Shown: positions 14,701 through 24,166 of the stretch, in pieces | How positions within the stretch are numbered: position 1 is the first letter of the stretch | How the letters are laid out: every line of letters begins with the position of its first letter | IMG/VR virus record: IMGVR_UViG_3300042431_000197 | Location: 1-33,289 of that record | DNA from: a virus | Taxonomy: Duplodnaviria; Caudoviricetes | Reading direction: 5' to 3' (one strand) | Length of the DNA stretch: 33,289 bases | Notes under the pieces: model-generated | Seen by the model: the letters and a program-made list of their open reading frames with translations, nothing else | Told to the model about the DNA's origin: nothing | The model's database searches: none | Made by a program: the position numbers and the translations under genes

Positions 14701-17189
14701 TATAATGTTGTTAGGTTAATACATTCTGTGTCTGTTAATTGAGTTGGAAAAACTAAAACAGATTTAACATTACCTTCAAAAAAAGATGAAGAAGAACCTA
14801 AATCGAAACCTAATTTTGTAAATAAATTTGCAGTAGGCATTGTTACTGAAGTCAAACTTAATCTATTAACTCCATTTATAAATACTTTGAAATTACCTCC
14901 ACCCCATTTAAAAAGAACTTTATTATTAGATGTTTGGTTAAAAGGTGTTATATTATTGTTAACCCTTATTGTACCACCAAGATTCATAAAAGCTAAAAGT
15001 GTATTTGTAACTGTACTCCAACCTATTGTAATTCTATTGTTGCTTGTGCCATCTGACAAAGAAAATAGCCTAAAACTACCTCCATTTATAAGTGAACTTG
15101 CTTCTACAAAAAAACAACCCTCAACTGAATTAATCAATGTACTTGCATTTGTATTAGTAATTACATCAGCATTTCTTGTAACAGTACTTGCAACTGTTGG
15201 AATATAAGAAGTAGCGTTTGGACCTGCTTCTAATTGAGTTCCCCAAATAAAAATTCCTTTTGTATTATCTCCTGAACTAATAATTTGATTATTTTCTGCT
15301 GTTGCTATATAAAAACCACCATTTGTTTGTGTAGGAGTTATTGTTATTAAACATCTATACCATCCATTGTTTAACAAAGACATTGAAGCTGTAGCACTTC
15401 CTCCTATAACGCTAACAACTCCTGTAGTTGAATTAAAATACGCAGACCTTGCTATTGACCCTTCAAAAACAACTCTGACTTGATTTCTTTCTGCAGATTT
15501 TAAATAAAAAGATAATGTATAAGCAGTTCCAATAACTAAAGTAGGTATAGAAGTCACTCTAGGTGTATTTCCACCAGTTACTTCAACTATCTTGTCTGCA
15601 TTTTGAATACCACTTGGCGAAATTATAGAATTTTCAGTTATTGTTGTGTTTGTTTTTATCCAACTCGCATTATCAAACTCCTCACTTCTTAAAACTAAAT
15701 TAGTTCTCTGTGGTTCAACTAATATACTTGGACAACTTTCATTTGAGTAATCTATTCTTGGAATGTTAAATCTGTTGGTTGTTGGAAAGTAATCTTTTGC
15801 TTGATTACCATCTACCATTTGAAAACCCCATATATAAACACCATCTACACCATTAGCAATTGTTTTTGTTGTATCACCAAGAGCAACAGCAAGTCTCAGG
15901 TTAGTTGGTGATGCTGTTGTCATACTAAATCCAACTCTATACCAACCATTACCAACATTTTCAATAAATGGATTAGAAATAAAATCTGCTCCACCATTGT
16001 TTAATCTTGTTCCTGTTATCAAACCCGTTTGTAAATCAACTTCAACATATAAATTAAAGATTAATGCAGATGATACACCATATTGAAATCTTATTCTATC
16101 TAATCCATTATATTTAAGATAAACTGATGCAGTTCTTGTTCCTACAAATGTTGCAAAAGAAGTAAGATTCATAATATTCACACCAGAAGCCCCAATATAC
16201 TCATAAGTAACACCACTATTTGCAATTAGATTATCACCAGTTAATGTACCATTAGGAGCTAATATTACATTTTGTCCTATTGTAGTTCTTTGTTTAAGCC
16301 AAGAAACGTTTTCAAAGTTTTCACTTTGTGATAATAAATTATAAGGTACTTCTTCAATAAATCCATCAGCATTTACTCTTGTTGCAGTAGTTGCTCTTGT
16401 AACACTCATATCACCAATGGTTCCATTTATGATTATTACTGATGTTGTTGGGATATATTCATTAAGTGTAGAACCAGTATCTATTTGAGCTCCCCATACT
16501 TGCCAAACATCAGTTGCACCAACAGGTGCAGAAGTTGTTCTACCATAGTATATCAATAAGAAATCACCAATATTAATACCTGTTGTTCTCGTGAATGACA
16601 ACCTAAACCATCCATTTCCAACATTTTCACTAAACCATCCATTCCCTAAATTTCCTGTAGAAGAATAGTCAAAAATTAATACATCAAAATTAGTCGCTGT
16701 TGTACCGTTTCTTAGTAAAAACCTCCTAGTAGTTGAGTTTACATTTTTTGTATAAATTGAGTAAACAATATTTGTTGATGTTGCAATAATACTAGCTTGT
16801 ATAGTAGCACCTGGTGTACTTGAAGCACCAACATCACTTAATTCAGTACCTGTTGGTGTTCCATCTGGTGCTAATCTTGTTGAAGAAATAATAGTCGCAC
16901 CACCCTTATTCCAAACTGCTTGTGTAAAATCTTGACTATGTAGTAACAAGTTAGTTCCTACTTCATTTGGTTCAACAGCATATAACAAAGTTTCTTTATA
17001 ACCATTTGGTGTTACAACCAAAGAAGCATTGTCTAATAAATTTTGATTATCTAATTGAGTTAGTTGTGCTTCTAAACAAGCTTCTGCTTCAAATTGACCT
17101 TGAGTGTTAAGCACTCTTTCTTTGAATGCTTGTACTAAGTTCTTTATTTTTGCCCCCAATGTAAAGAGCATCATTCTTCTAATACTCAT
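14700..17189 (-). CDS. Fibre/spike protein with three repeated beta-sandwich (CBM-like) modules
   Basis: Three repeats NLLxxSxxFxxxxW...NGW[FY]R...[VI]WGxQ...Y[IF]PT; likely start ATG 17189, coupled to the upstream stop. Confidence 0.75.
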   Translation of the reverse strand: MSIRRMMLFTLGAKIKNLVQAFKERVLNTQGQFEAEACLEAQLTQLDNQNLLDNASLVVTPNGYKETLLYAVEPNEVGTNLLLHSQDFTQAVWNKGGATIISSTRLAPDGTPTGTELSDVGASSTPGATIQASIIATSTNIVYSIYTKNVNSTTRRFLLRNGTTATNFDVLIFDYSSTGNLGNGWFSENVGNGWFRLSFTRTTGINIGDFLLIYYGRTTSAPVGATDVWQVWGAQIDTGSTLNEYIPTTSVIIINGTIGDMSVTRATTATRVNADGFIEEVPYNLLSQSENFENVSWLKQRTTIGQNVILAPNGTLTGDNLIANSGVTYEYIGASGVNIMNLTSFATFVGTRTASVYLKYNGLDRIRFQYGVSSALIFNLYVEVDLQTGLITGTRLNNGGADFISNPFIENVGNGWYRVGFSMTTASPTNLRLAVALGDTTKTIANGVDGVYIWGFQMVDGNQAKDYFPTTNRFNIPRIDYSNESCPSILVEPQRTNLVLRSEEFDNASWIKTNTTITENSIISPSGIQNADKIVEVTGGNTPRVTSIPTLVIGTAYTLSFYLKSAERNQVRVVFEGSIARSAYFNSTTGVVSVIGGSATASMSLLNNGWYRCLITITPTQTNGGFYIATAENNQIISSGDNTKGIFIWGTQLEAGPNATSYIPTVASTVTRNADVITNTNASTLINSVEGCFFVEASSLINGGSFRLFSLSDGTSNNRITIGWSTVTNTLLAFMNLGGTIRVNNNITPFNQTSNNKVLFKWGGGNFKVFINGVNRLSLTSVTMPTANLFTKLGFDLGSSSSFFEGNVKSVLVFPTQLTDTECINLTTL

Positions 17190-18457
17190 TACGTTCTTTG
17201 ATTTATAGAATAGATTATTTCTGTTGATGTAATAAAAGTACAATAAATGTAATTCACAACACTAACAACATAATTACCACTGCCACTTAATTTTTTATAT
17301 TCAGAACTAAAAGTTGGTGCAGTTCCTGAATTATGTATGATTATATTTGTTACACCTAATTGTGCTCCTGTTACATCAGCAGTTATATTTCCTGTTACTG
17401 GTGAAGCAATTGTGCCATAAATTCTATCTGTTACAAAAGATAAAGTTGCTCCTGTTGCAGTACCTGCATTTGTTGGTAATGGTATATATCCTAAATTATT
17501 CTGCTTTAAATCCAAAGCATCAAATACCGCATTTTGACTTGGTGCAATTGTAGTAACTCCGTCAACTATTGCATTAGTTACTTTTGCATCTGCTATTGTT
17601 TGAACATCGGTCGGAGTTGTGAAATTTAACAATCCTTTTACCTGACTAACAGATAAATCGTTAATATCTGAACCGCCACCACTTAAACGACCAATTAACG
17701 TATTGTTTCCAATCCCTAAAGAAGTTGGCGAACCGCTACCCGATTGTTGAACTAAAATAGAGTGTGATGAGTAATCGGAGTTCATTACTGCTCCCGCAGC
17801 GTTTACATTTGTAGAATCTGTAACATCAGCATTAGCCTCTATTCCCGCTAATTTTGATATATCTGTTGCGGTAGTAAATTTATTTGTCGTACTTGTATCG
17901 TCAATATCATCTGCATCTAACACTACAACACCCGTTTTTCCGTTTACACTATCAACTGCACCGCCAATAACTTGCAATTCCCAAACTGCACTATCTTCTG
18001 TTGCATCAGTACAAACATAAACATCACCATTATCTAAAATCCAACGACTATCTATTGCAAATCCTTTAGTACTATCATCTGTTGCACTTGGCGTAATTGT
18101 AAAATTGTGAGATACTTCACGAATAGTAAAGCCATCTTGTTGCGTTACATATTGTCGACCTGCTTCCCACTTCAACTCATAATCTAAAGAGCAAACTAAA
18201 GCCACTCCTTTTGCTCCACCATTACCAGCATCTGTTAAACCCTTTCTAATTCTTGAACCATTATCAAAAGTAATCTCATCTCCATCACTAATAAATATAT
18301 TCTCACCATCGGTTTCATTACCCTCTGATAAAACATCATTTAAGTTTTGAGTACCTCCTCCGTTTTGAGTAGTAACAATAATTTGAGTAACGTTTGGTGT
18401 TGCGTTTATTGTAACATCCTGCTCAACTTTAGTAACATTTATATTAACTTGCTCCAT
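17189..18457 (-). CDS. Tail fibre-like structural protein
   Basis: G/T/S/D-rich with VDSVNGKTGVVVL and KLAGIEANADVTD fibre-type motifs. Confidence 0.65.
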   Translation of the reverse strand: MEQVNINVTKVEQDVTINATPNVTQIIVTTQNGGGTQNLNDVLSEGNETDGENIFISDGDEITFDNGSRIRKGLTDAGNGGAKGVALVCSLDYELKWEAGRQYVTQQDGFTIREVSHNFTITPSATDDSTKGFAIDSRWILDNGDVYVCTDATEDSAVWELQVIGGAVDSVNGKTGVVVLDADDIDDTSTTNKFTTATDISKLAGIEANADVTDSTNVNAAGAVMNSDYSSHSILVQQSGSGSPTSLGIGNNTLIGRLSGGGSDINDLSVSQVKGLLNFTTPTDVQTIADAKVTNAIVDGVTTIAPSQNAVFDALDLKQNNLGYIPLPTNAGTATGATLSFVTDRIYGTIASPVTGNITADVTGAQLGVTNIIIHNSGTAPTFSSEYKKLSGSGNYVVSVVNYIYCTFITSTEIIYSINQRT

Positions 18458-18798
18458 TAGTTTGTAATTGTTTTAACAACTTGAAATAAACCACCTACAT
18501 AATATTTAACATCGCCACTATCTAAAGTAATTTTAATATCATACTCATAGTTGCAAGTTGGAATAGTAATTATTTGCTCATTGATTTTAAATTTTCCATC
18601 AACTGCATCTGTTATTGTAATTCCATCATTTTCAACACTTGTTAGTGTTAAAACAGGACTTGAACAAGCATCTTTTTTAACTTGCATACGAATAACCGCA
18701 CCTGTTAAATCTAAAGGGTCGCCATCTATTAAAATTTCAAATGGTACTTGGTTAAAAGTTGCGTTTCTTTGCGCTTGTAGGTTTAATATTCCTATCAT
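18457..18798 (-). CDS. BppU-N-like virion adaptor protein
   Basis: PLDLTGAVIRMQVK...YEYDIKI...YYVGGLF pattern; precedes the fibre genes. Confidence 0.6.
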   Translation of the reverse strand: MIGILNLQAQRNATFNQVPFEILIDGDPLDLTGAVIRMQVKKDACSSPVLTLTSVENDGITITDAVDGKFKINEQIITIPTCNYEYDIKITLDSGDVKYYVGGLFQVVKTITN

Positions 18799-18880
18799 TT
18801 TGCTCTTGCTTTTTTAAAAATAACTCGATTTTCTCGATGTTAATTTCTTGTTTTACATTCGTTTTTTTAATTGATGCCAT
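18752..18880 (-). CDS. Possible 42-aa basic protein (not in ORF track)
   Basis: MASIKKTNVKQEINIEKIELFLKKQEQ...; bridges the gap between two genes. Confidence 0.35.
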   Translation of the reverse strand: MASIKKTNVKQEINIEKIELFLKKQEQNDRNIKPTSAKKRNF

Positions 18881-19398
18881 AATACATATTCATCTTCTGT
18901 TATTCTTTGTTTTGGAAAATACCAACCGCTATTACTCGATAATTGCGGATTTACAATTGCGTCTGAACTACTAACATATTCAGGTAATTGCTTTTTACAC
19001 AACCATTTTTTCATTCTTTCAGCGTACATATCAGCAACTAATCGCCTTTCATTTACTAATCTGGATAACGTTTGTTCAGTAACCGCTGTTGTATTTGCAG
19101 GTGTTGGAATTGTTATACCATTATTAGCAATACTAAAAGCACCGATTTTCAAATACTCTGTTGCGCTCTGCTGAATTAAAAAAGGTTTTATGTAATCATT
19201 ATACAAAGTTAAGTATAATCCACTTAAATCTTCATTTTCGAAGTCAGTTTCTATTTTTTCATATAAAACTTCTCCTAAAAGTTCTTCCAATCGTGTAGCT
19301 TGTGCATCTAAAATACATTGACGTAATTTATCAGTGTCGATGTTGCCACCTAAAGGAGTGTTTTTTGTTATGTCGTTATCTGTTAATAGTATTACCAT
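18853..19398 (-). CDS. Putative head-tail connector/adaptor
   Basis: Helical ~180-aa protein directly after the portal; likely start ATG 19398. Confidence 0.6.
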   Translation of the reverse strand: MVILLTDNDITKNTPLGGNIDTDKLRQCILDAQATRLEELLGEVLYEKIETDFENEDLSGLYLTLYNDYIKPFLIQQSATEYLKIGAFSIANNGITIPTPANTTAVTEQTLSRLVNERRLVADMYAERMKKWLCKKQLPEYVSSSDAIVNPQLSSNSGWYFPKQRITEDEYVLWHQLKKRM

Positions 19399-19399
19399 T

Positions 19400-21265
19400 T
19401 TACTCTGCTTTAAAAAAATTATTACTCGCTTGTGCAGGTTGTGCAACTAAAGGATTATTTTCTTCCCACATTGCATCTTTACGTTTATCAGGGTCTAAAT
19501 CTAAAATCATTTTACGTGCCTGATTAACAGAAATTGATTTATTATTTTTTCTTAAATATATTTTTCGAATCCAAAAATGCTTACAATTAACTCCGCCTTT
19601 GTATAACCAAATTGAATAAGTATCTGCTCCTTTTAAACCCAATCCAGGATTTACTACTTTACTACCTGCCAATTCAATATCCTCTTTGCGATATACTTTA
19701 TTAGCTGAAATCATTTTATTACAAAAATCTCGTTCGCCCTCTTTTGCTCCTGCATATTGATAACGAATTTTAAAAAGACTTGTATCTTGTTCACTTGTAA
19801 CGTTTGGAAAAGAACTCGGTACTTTTGCTAAATGTAAAGCGGTTTCAGTTAGTTGAGGTTCTCCACTTATTGCAGTTTCATCTACTAATTCCCACTCGTT
19901 TTCGTCTATTATTTCGCCTAACTCAATCAATGGTTCTGCAACTGGGTTTTTCAATTGAACTTTTGATAGTTTAGCTAATTGTTCAATCGGTGTTGTTCCA
20001 CTTGTAAAAAGTGTTTGCGCTATACTTGCATCGATATTTAAGAATTGAACTAAAAATACTATCGCTTGTTCTGTTGTTAAAATACCCTCTTTTACTTTTG
20101 CAAAAATATCAATAGCACTTGCAATTTGCGCTCCGTTGTAGCTAATTTTAGCATCGGATATAGCTTGTTCTTCAGGAGTTACAATTGTAGTTTCTTCACC
20201 GCTTTGTGCCTCATCTGTTTTAGCTTGTCTTAATGGAATAAACTCTAAAGTTTCTTGACCTCCTACTAAAGTAAAAACTTCTTGAAAAGCATCAAGTATA
20301 ATTTCTTGTTTTGGTTGTATAACATTTAACATCGTTTCATTAAATGCGGTTTCAATTTCTTCTGCATTACTTGAAAATCCTGCTGCGTTACTTATTCCTA
20401 AAATAGCACTCGATACAACCTTATGTGCAACCATTAACTTTTGTTGTGCCTCTCTACTTAAAAACTCATATTGTTGGTATGCGTCAACTATTTGAACTTG
20501 CTCTATCGTTGTTGCATTTTCTTTACTATCGTTAAAAGCTACAACTACAACTCCTGCGTTATTAGTTCCTGTTGTTCCACCTTTATATTCTCTTGAAATT
20601 TTATTACGCTCTTCTTCGCTTTCAGGAACTCCGTTATTTAAGTTTATGATAGTTGAAACCATAAATTTATTTTGAACGTGGTTTATAAAGAAATTAGATA
20701 TTTCTTCTTCAACCTTTGCGTATTGCAAAGCACTTACATAACTTGGATTTGAAAAATAAAACTGCCCTACTTGGTAATCTTTAATTACAAATATTTCACT
20801 TCTATCACCTCCTTTACCAAATCCATAAGCGTCAATTCTTTTAGGTGGGTATTTTCTTTGATTGCTCCAATCGTAACAATACCAATATCCTGTTATTTTG
20901 CCCTCTTCATTTGCCTTTTCAGGTGCAATTTTCTCTTTAGGTGTGTGAACTATTTTTAAAGGTTTACCGCCTTTATAGATAATTTCAAAAGATGCCTCTT
21001 CAAACATTTCAAAATCTTTTACAATTTTGCGAACTTCTTTTTTATTAAATAAAGGAATGTCTATATTTAAACCTAATCCGTAAATCATACGACTATACGA
21101 ATCAATAATAGCTGAATTTGTAGAGCTACCATTGTATCGGTCTATAATGTATTGGTAAAACTCATTATTTTCGCCATTTAAAACCCAATCATTGTTGTTT
21201 TTTTCAACGATTTGAGGTCTTACATAACTCGATAATTTAATAATTTCTATATTTGGCTTGCTCAT
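19400..21265 (-). CDS. Portal protein with C-terminal Cys/His-containing extension
   Basis: Portal-like core (HVQNKFMVSTIIN, GTNNAG, QKLMVAHKVVS..LGI, IQPKQ) plus C-terminal RDFC...KGGVNCKHFW. Confidence 0.75.
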   Translation of the reverse strand: MSKPNIEIIKLSSYVRPQIVEKNNNDWVLNGENNEFYQYIIDRYNGSSTNSAIIDSYSRMIYGLGLNIDIPLFNKKEVRKIVKDFEMFEEASFEIIYKGGKPLKIVHTPKEKIAPEKANEEGKITGYWYCYDWSNQRKYPPKRIDAYGFGKGGDRSEIFVIKDYQVGQFYFSNPSYVSALQYAKVEEEISNFFINHVQNKFMVSTIINLNNGVPESEEERNKISREYKGGTTGTNNAGVVVVAFNDSKENATTIEQVQIVDAYQQYEFLSREAQQKLMVAHKVVSSAILGISNAAGFSSNAEEIETAFNETMLNVIQPKQEIILDAFQEVFTLVGGQETLEFIPLRQAKTDEAQSGEETTIVTPEEQAISDAKISYNGAQIASAIDIFAKVKEGILTTEQAIVFLVQFLNIDASIAQTLFTSGTTPIEQLAKLSKVQLKNPVAEPLIELGEIIDENEWELVDETAISGEPQLTETALHLAKVPSSFPNVTSEQDTSLFKIRYQYAGAKEGERDFCNKMISANKVYRKEDIELAGSKVVNPGLGLKGADTYSIWLYKGGVNCKHFWIRKIYLRKNNKSISVNQARKMILDLDPDKRKDAMWEENNPLVAQPAQASNNFFKAE

Positions 21266-21549
21266 AATAGTTTATAATTTTCTAAATCGGTTTCGGTTGT
21301 TGCGTATGCTTTACCACGCCACACCAATTCGTTGTTATTTCTACATACAATTTCATAACTACCACCATCTTTAAATTCAAAATTAAAATCTAATCTTAAA
21401 TATCCATTATCTTTAAATGATGTTATATTTTCAATTGTAGTATTAGTGTCTGTTAACTCGTGTCGAATATCTAAAGTAATATTTTCAACGTATAAACGTG
21501 GAACTACTTTTAAAGTATGGTTTAAATTGTTTGAATTAAATACTTTCAT
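21262..21549 (-). CDS. Hypothetical structural protein
   Basis: 95 aa; preceded by the late motif and overlaps the portal start. Confidence 0.75.
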   Translation of the reverse strand: MKVFNSNNLNHTLKVVPRLYVENITLDIRHELTDTNTTIENITSFKDNGYLRLDFNFEFKDGGSYEIVCRNNNELVWRGKAYATTETDLENYKLL

Positions 21550-21581
21550 AATTATATAACGAAAAAGTTTGATTTTTTTGC
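21550..21581 (-). promoter_or_regulatory. Putative late promoter (GCAAAA...TTTCGTTATA) 12 nt before ATG
   Basis: Same motif and spacing at 24114-24146 and 31344-31375. Confidence 0.7.
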
Positions 21582-21614
21582 AAAAAAAAAGGTATGAATT
21601 TAATCATACCTTTT
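21582..21614 (-). terminator. Intrinsic terminator after tail tube gene
   Basis: AAAAGGTATGA / TCATACCTTTT inverted repeat with a T9 run on the minus strand. Confidence 0.8.
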
Positions 21615-21631
21615 AAAAAAATAAAATTTAA

Positions 21632-22165
21632 TTAAGCCTCTCCAATTATTTCAGTTGAAACTAATGCTAATAAAGCAGTTTTCATTGATGAATTTAAAAA
21701 TGGTGCGCCAAGTTTTTCAGTACCTGTTAACTCAACAGTGTATCCTGTTAAATCTCCACCTGCTCCACCTGATACGATAGTTCCAGCTGTCATTTCCATT
21801 CCGTTTTCAACACCACAAAGTAGTATATTTCCGTTGTAGTCCTCAACAAAAACTTGAGGTCTTCCGTACATCATTAGCGTTAACTCTTGTTGAGTTTCTG
21901 CATCTAATTTTGGAAAAGTAGCTGCAATAACTTGACTTAAAAAAGCAGTTCCGTTATCTCTTGAAACATTTGCAGTCTGTGTTAACGTGTTTGTTGTTCC
22001 TTTTAATTCCCATTTGAAAACCTCTGCTAAAGTTCCCAAAGCGGTAACTATTTGATTTGCTATTGTATATCCATAAGCGTCGAAATTAGCGAAGTATAAC
22101 GCTTTAATTCCACCCATTTGGTCTTTACATACAATCTTTTTTCCTTTACCTAAATCACAAGCCAT
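21632..22165 (-). CDS. Putative major tail tube protein
   Basis: MACDL....CKDQMGGIKALYF, beta-rich, GYTVELTGTE; follows the capsid gene. Confidence 0.65.
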   Translation of the reverse strand: MACDLGKGKKIVCKDQMGGIKALYFANFDAYGYTIANQIVTALGTLAEVFKWELKGTTNTLTQTANVSRDNGTAFLSQVIAATFPKLDAETQQELTLMMYGRPQVFVEDYNGNILLCGVENGMEMTAGTIVSGGAGGDLTGYTVELTGTEKLGAPFLNSSMKTALLALVSTEIIGEA

Positions 22166-22179
22166 ATTTGATATGTTTT

Positions 22180-22206
22180 AAAAACCGCCCGAATTAACGA
22201 GCGGTT
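22180..22206 (-). terminator. Hairpin/partial terminator after capsid gene
   Basis: Minus strand AACCGCTCG-TTAATT-CGGGCGGTT followed by TTT. Confidence 0.55.
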
Positions 22207-22216
22207 ATGTTAATAA

Positions 22217-23131
22217 TTATGCTATTGGTCTTGCCCAAACAATCTCTGAACCATAAGCGTATTGTACACCTGCATTGTAAACCATTGTACCTCTAACTTT
22301 TCCAGTTAGTAAACCAATTGAATCTTCATCTACAACTTCGATTAGGTTGTGGTCTGCTAAAGCACCAGTTCCAAAAGCCAAGTTTTTAGGGTCTGCAATT
22401 ACAATAGTTGAAGATGGTAAACCTGTATCAACTACTAAAGTGTAGTTTCCAAATACTAATGAAGTATTAGCGTTTCCACCTAATCCATTTGCAATTCCTT
22501 TAGATGCTAAAAAGAAGTTATAAAATTGAGCGATATCAGCAGAAACTGAAACTTTCAATGTATTTTTACCTCTCAATTGAACAGGTACTGCATTTAAAGC
22601 TAATTTAATTTGAGCTTCTACGTTTGCTTCTGTAATTGTATCTAAATCAACATCGATAACTGTTGCATCTGCTAAAAACAATTTTAAGAAACCATCAAAC
22701 TCATCTGCGTTTGAAGAATTACCATTCCAAATAATAGAACCAAAATCTTCTGCATTATCAGCTAATTTATTAGCAATAATAGCATCAAGAATTTCTTTGT
22801 TCATTGTATTGTTGTGTGCACTTGCACCCATTGACTCCTCGCCCCAAGTTGCTCTAAAATCTTCTTTACAGATATCAAAATCATCTTTGAATTTTTTAGG
22901 TTTCAAAAGTCTTTCAGACAAAGTAACAGAACCATCAGGAACGTGTCCACAAGTGTAAGCTCTACGCCCATTTGTAGTTTCTAATTTACGTAACCAAAGT
23001 TCATAGTTAACACCCTCGTAAGGAGTTACTGCTCCATTTTTCAAAGCATCAGCTTCTTTGAATGTTTTTAAAAATAAACCACCTGCGGCTTTACCTGCGT
23101 AGTTTGATGTAATTGTTGTTGTTGTTGCCAT
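22217..23131 (-). CDS. Major capsid protein
   Basis: 304 aa downstream of the protease/scaffold; IWNG....DEFDGFLK motif typical of HK97-fold capsids. Confidence 0.8.
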   Translation of the reverse strand: MATTTTITSNYAGKAAGGLFLKTFKEADALKNGAVTPYEGVNYELWLRKLETTNGRRAYTCGHVPDGSVTLSERLLKPKKFKDDFDICKEDFRATWGEESMGASAHNNTMNKEILDAIIANKLADNAEDFGSIIWNGNSSNADEFDGFLKLFLADATVIDVDLDTITEANVEAQIKLALNAVPVQLRGKNTLKVSVSADIAQFYNFFLASKGIANGLGGNANTSLVFGNYTLVVDTGLPSSTIVIADPKNLAFGTGALADHNLIEVVDEDSIGLLTGKVRGTMVYNAGVQYAYGSEIVWARPIA

Positions 23132-23135
23132 TTAA

Positions 23136-24113
23136 TTATTTGTTTAATTCGTTTAAAATTGCTTCTTTAAAGTTTTTAGGCTCTTTAACCTCTCTTGTTT
23201 CTGGTCTTGAAGTTGTTTGTGCGCTTAAAGAAATTTCAGTTGCTTTTAGAAATTCTGCTTTAAGGTTTACATTATTAGCTTCAATCATTTTACCAATTGC
23301 AACTAATGTTTCATTTTTAAAGGCGCTCAATTGCGTTTGCATATCAACTGATTCCTCTTCTACTTCTACTTCTACTTCTGATTCTGTTTTCATTACTTCC
23401 GTAACTTCACCAGCAACCACAACTAATGTAGTTCCATCTTCACCAACGTATTTTCCGTCTGGTGCATCAATCGCTAACTTTACATCCTCTTCTTTTGGTG
23501 TATCTGTTGGCGTTTCCTCTGTGCTTAACTCTACTTGAACATCATCTTTGATGCTAAGTAAGTCTTTTAACGCACTTAAAAAAGTGTTTTCTTTACTCAT
23601 TTTATAGTTATTTAATTTAAACTCTCCTTCAATAGAAATTCCTTTAATTTCTCCGCTTTTGATTTTTTCTCTTACCTCTTCATTTTCAACTTTCATAATT
23701 GCAAACCAAGTTCCAATAGGTAAATCAAATCCGTATTCATTAGATTTGTCTTGCTCAAACTCTTTAATCCAACTTTCAACAATTGTAACTCCGTTTAACT
23801 TTAAATCTGTATGCTCTGAATTACTATTACTTTGATGTCCGTTAATATGAAAATGTCTTTGTGCAAGTTCAATCGTTTCTTTAGGAAACATTATATTATA
23901 AGGCTCACCATTTGGCGTAACTCTTAATATTTTTTGATTAGGAATTAAAACCGGTGTCATTAACAAACCCTTTTCAATTTCTTTTAACATTACTATCTCT
24001 TCTTCTTTAGATAGGTATATTCCAACCTCTTCAATTGCAGGTTCTTTTACTAATGCGAAACCGAAAATCCCTCTTTTTTCTTCAGGATTAAAATCTACTA
24101 AATACGTTTCCAT
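23136..24113 (-). CDS. Prohead protease (XkdF-like) fused to acidic scaffold region
   Basis: ALVKEPAIE, PVLIPNQ.I.R and GTWF..MKV....IKSGEIKGISIEG, followed by an acidic C-terminal half. Confidence 0.78.
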   Translation of the reverse strand: METYLVDFNPEEKRGIFGFALVKEPAIEEVGIYLSKEEEIVMLKEIEKGLLMTPVLIPNQKILRVTPNGEPYNIMFPKETIELAQRHFHINGHQSNSNSEHTDLKLNGVTIVESWIKEFEQDKSNEYGFDLPIGTWFAIMKVENEEVREKIKSGEIKGISIEGEFKLNNYKMSKENTFLSALKDLLSIKDDVQVELSTEETPTDTPKEEDVKLAIDAPDGKYVGEDGTTLVVVAGEVTEVMKTESEVEVEVEEESVDMQTQLSAFKNETLVAIGKMIEANNVNLKAEFLKATEISLSAQTTSRPETREVKEPKNFKEAILNELNK

Positions 24114-24146
24114 AACTCTATAACGAAATTAAATTAAAATTTATGC
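24114..24146 (-). promoter_or_regulatory. Putative late promoter (GCATAA...TTTCGTTATA) 12 nt before ATG
   Basis: Minus strand TTTCGTTATAGAGTTATG. Confidence 0.65.
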
Positions 24147-24166
24147 TTTTTATTTGTAAGTTTTTT

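Noticed and set aside
14700-18457. Diversity-generating retroelement target in the fibre genes
   Set aside because: No reverse transcriptase and no nucleotide-level template/variable repeat pair seen. The repeats are diverged protein modules.
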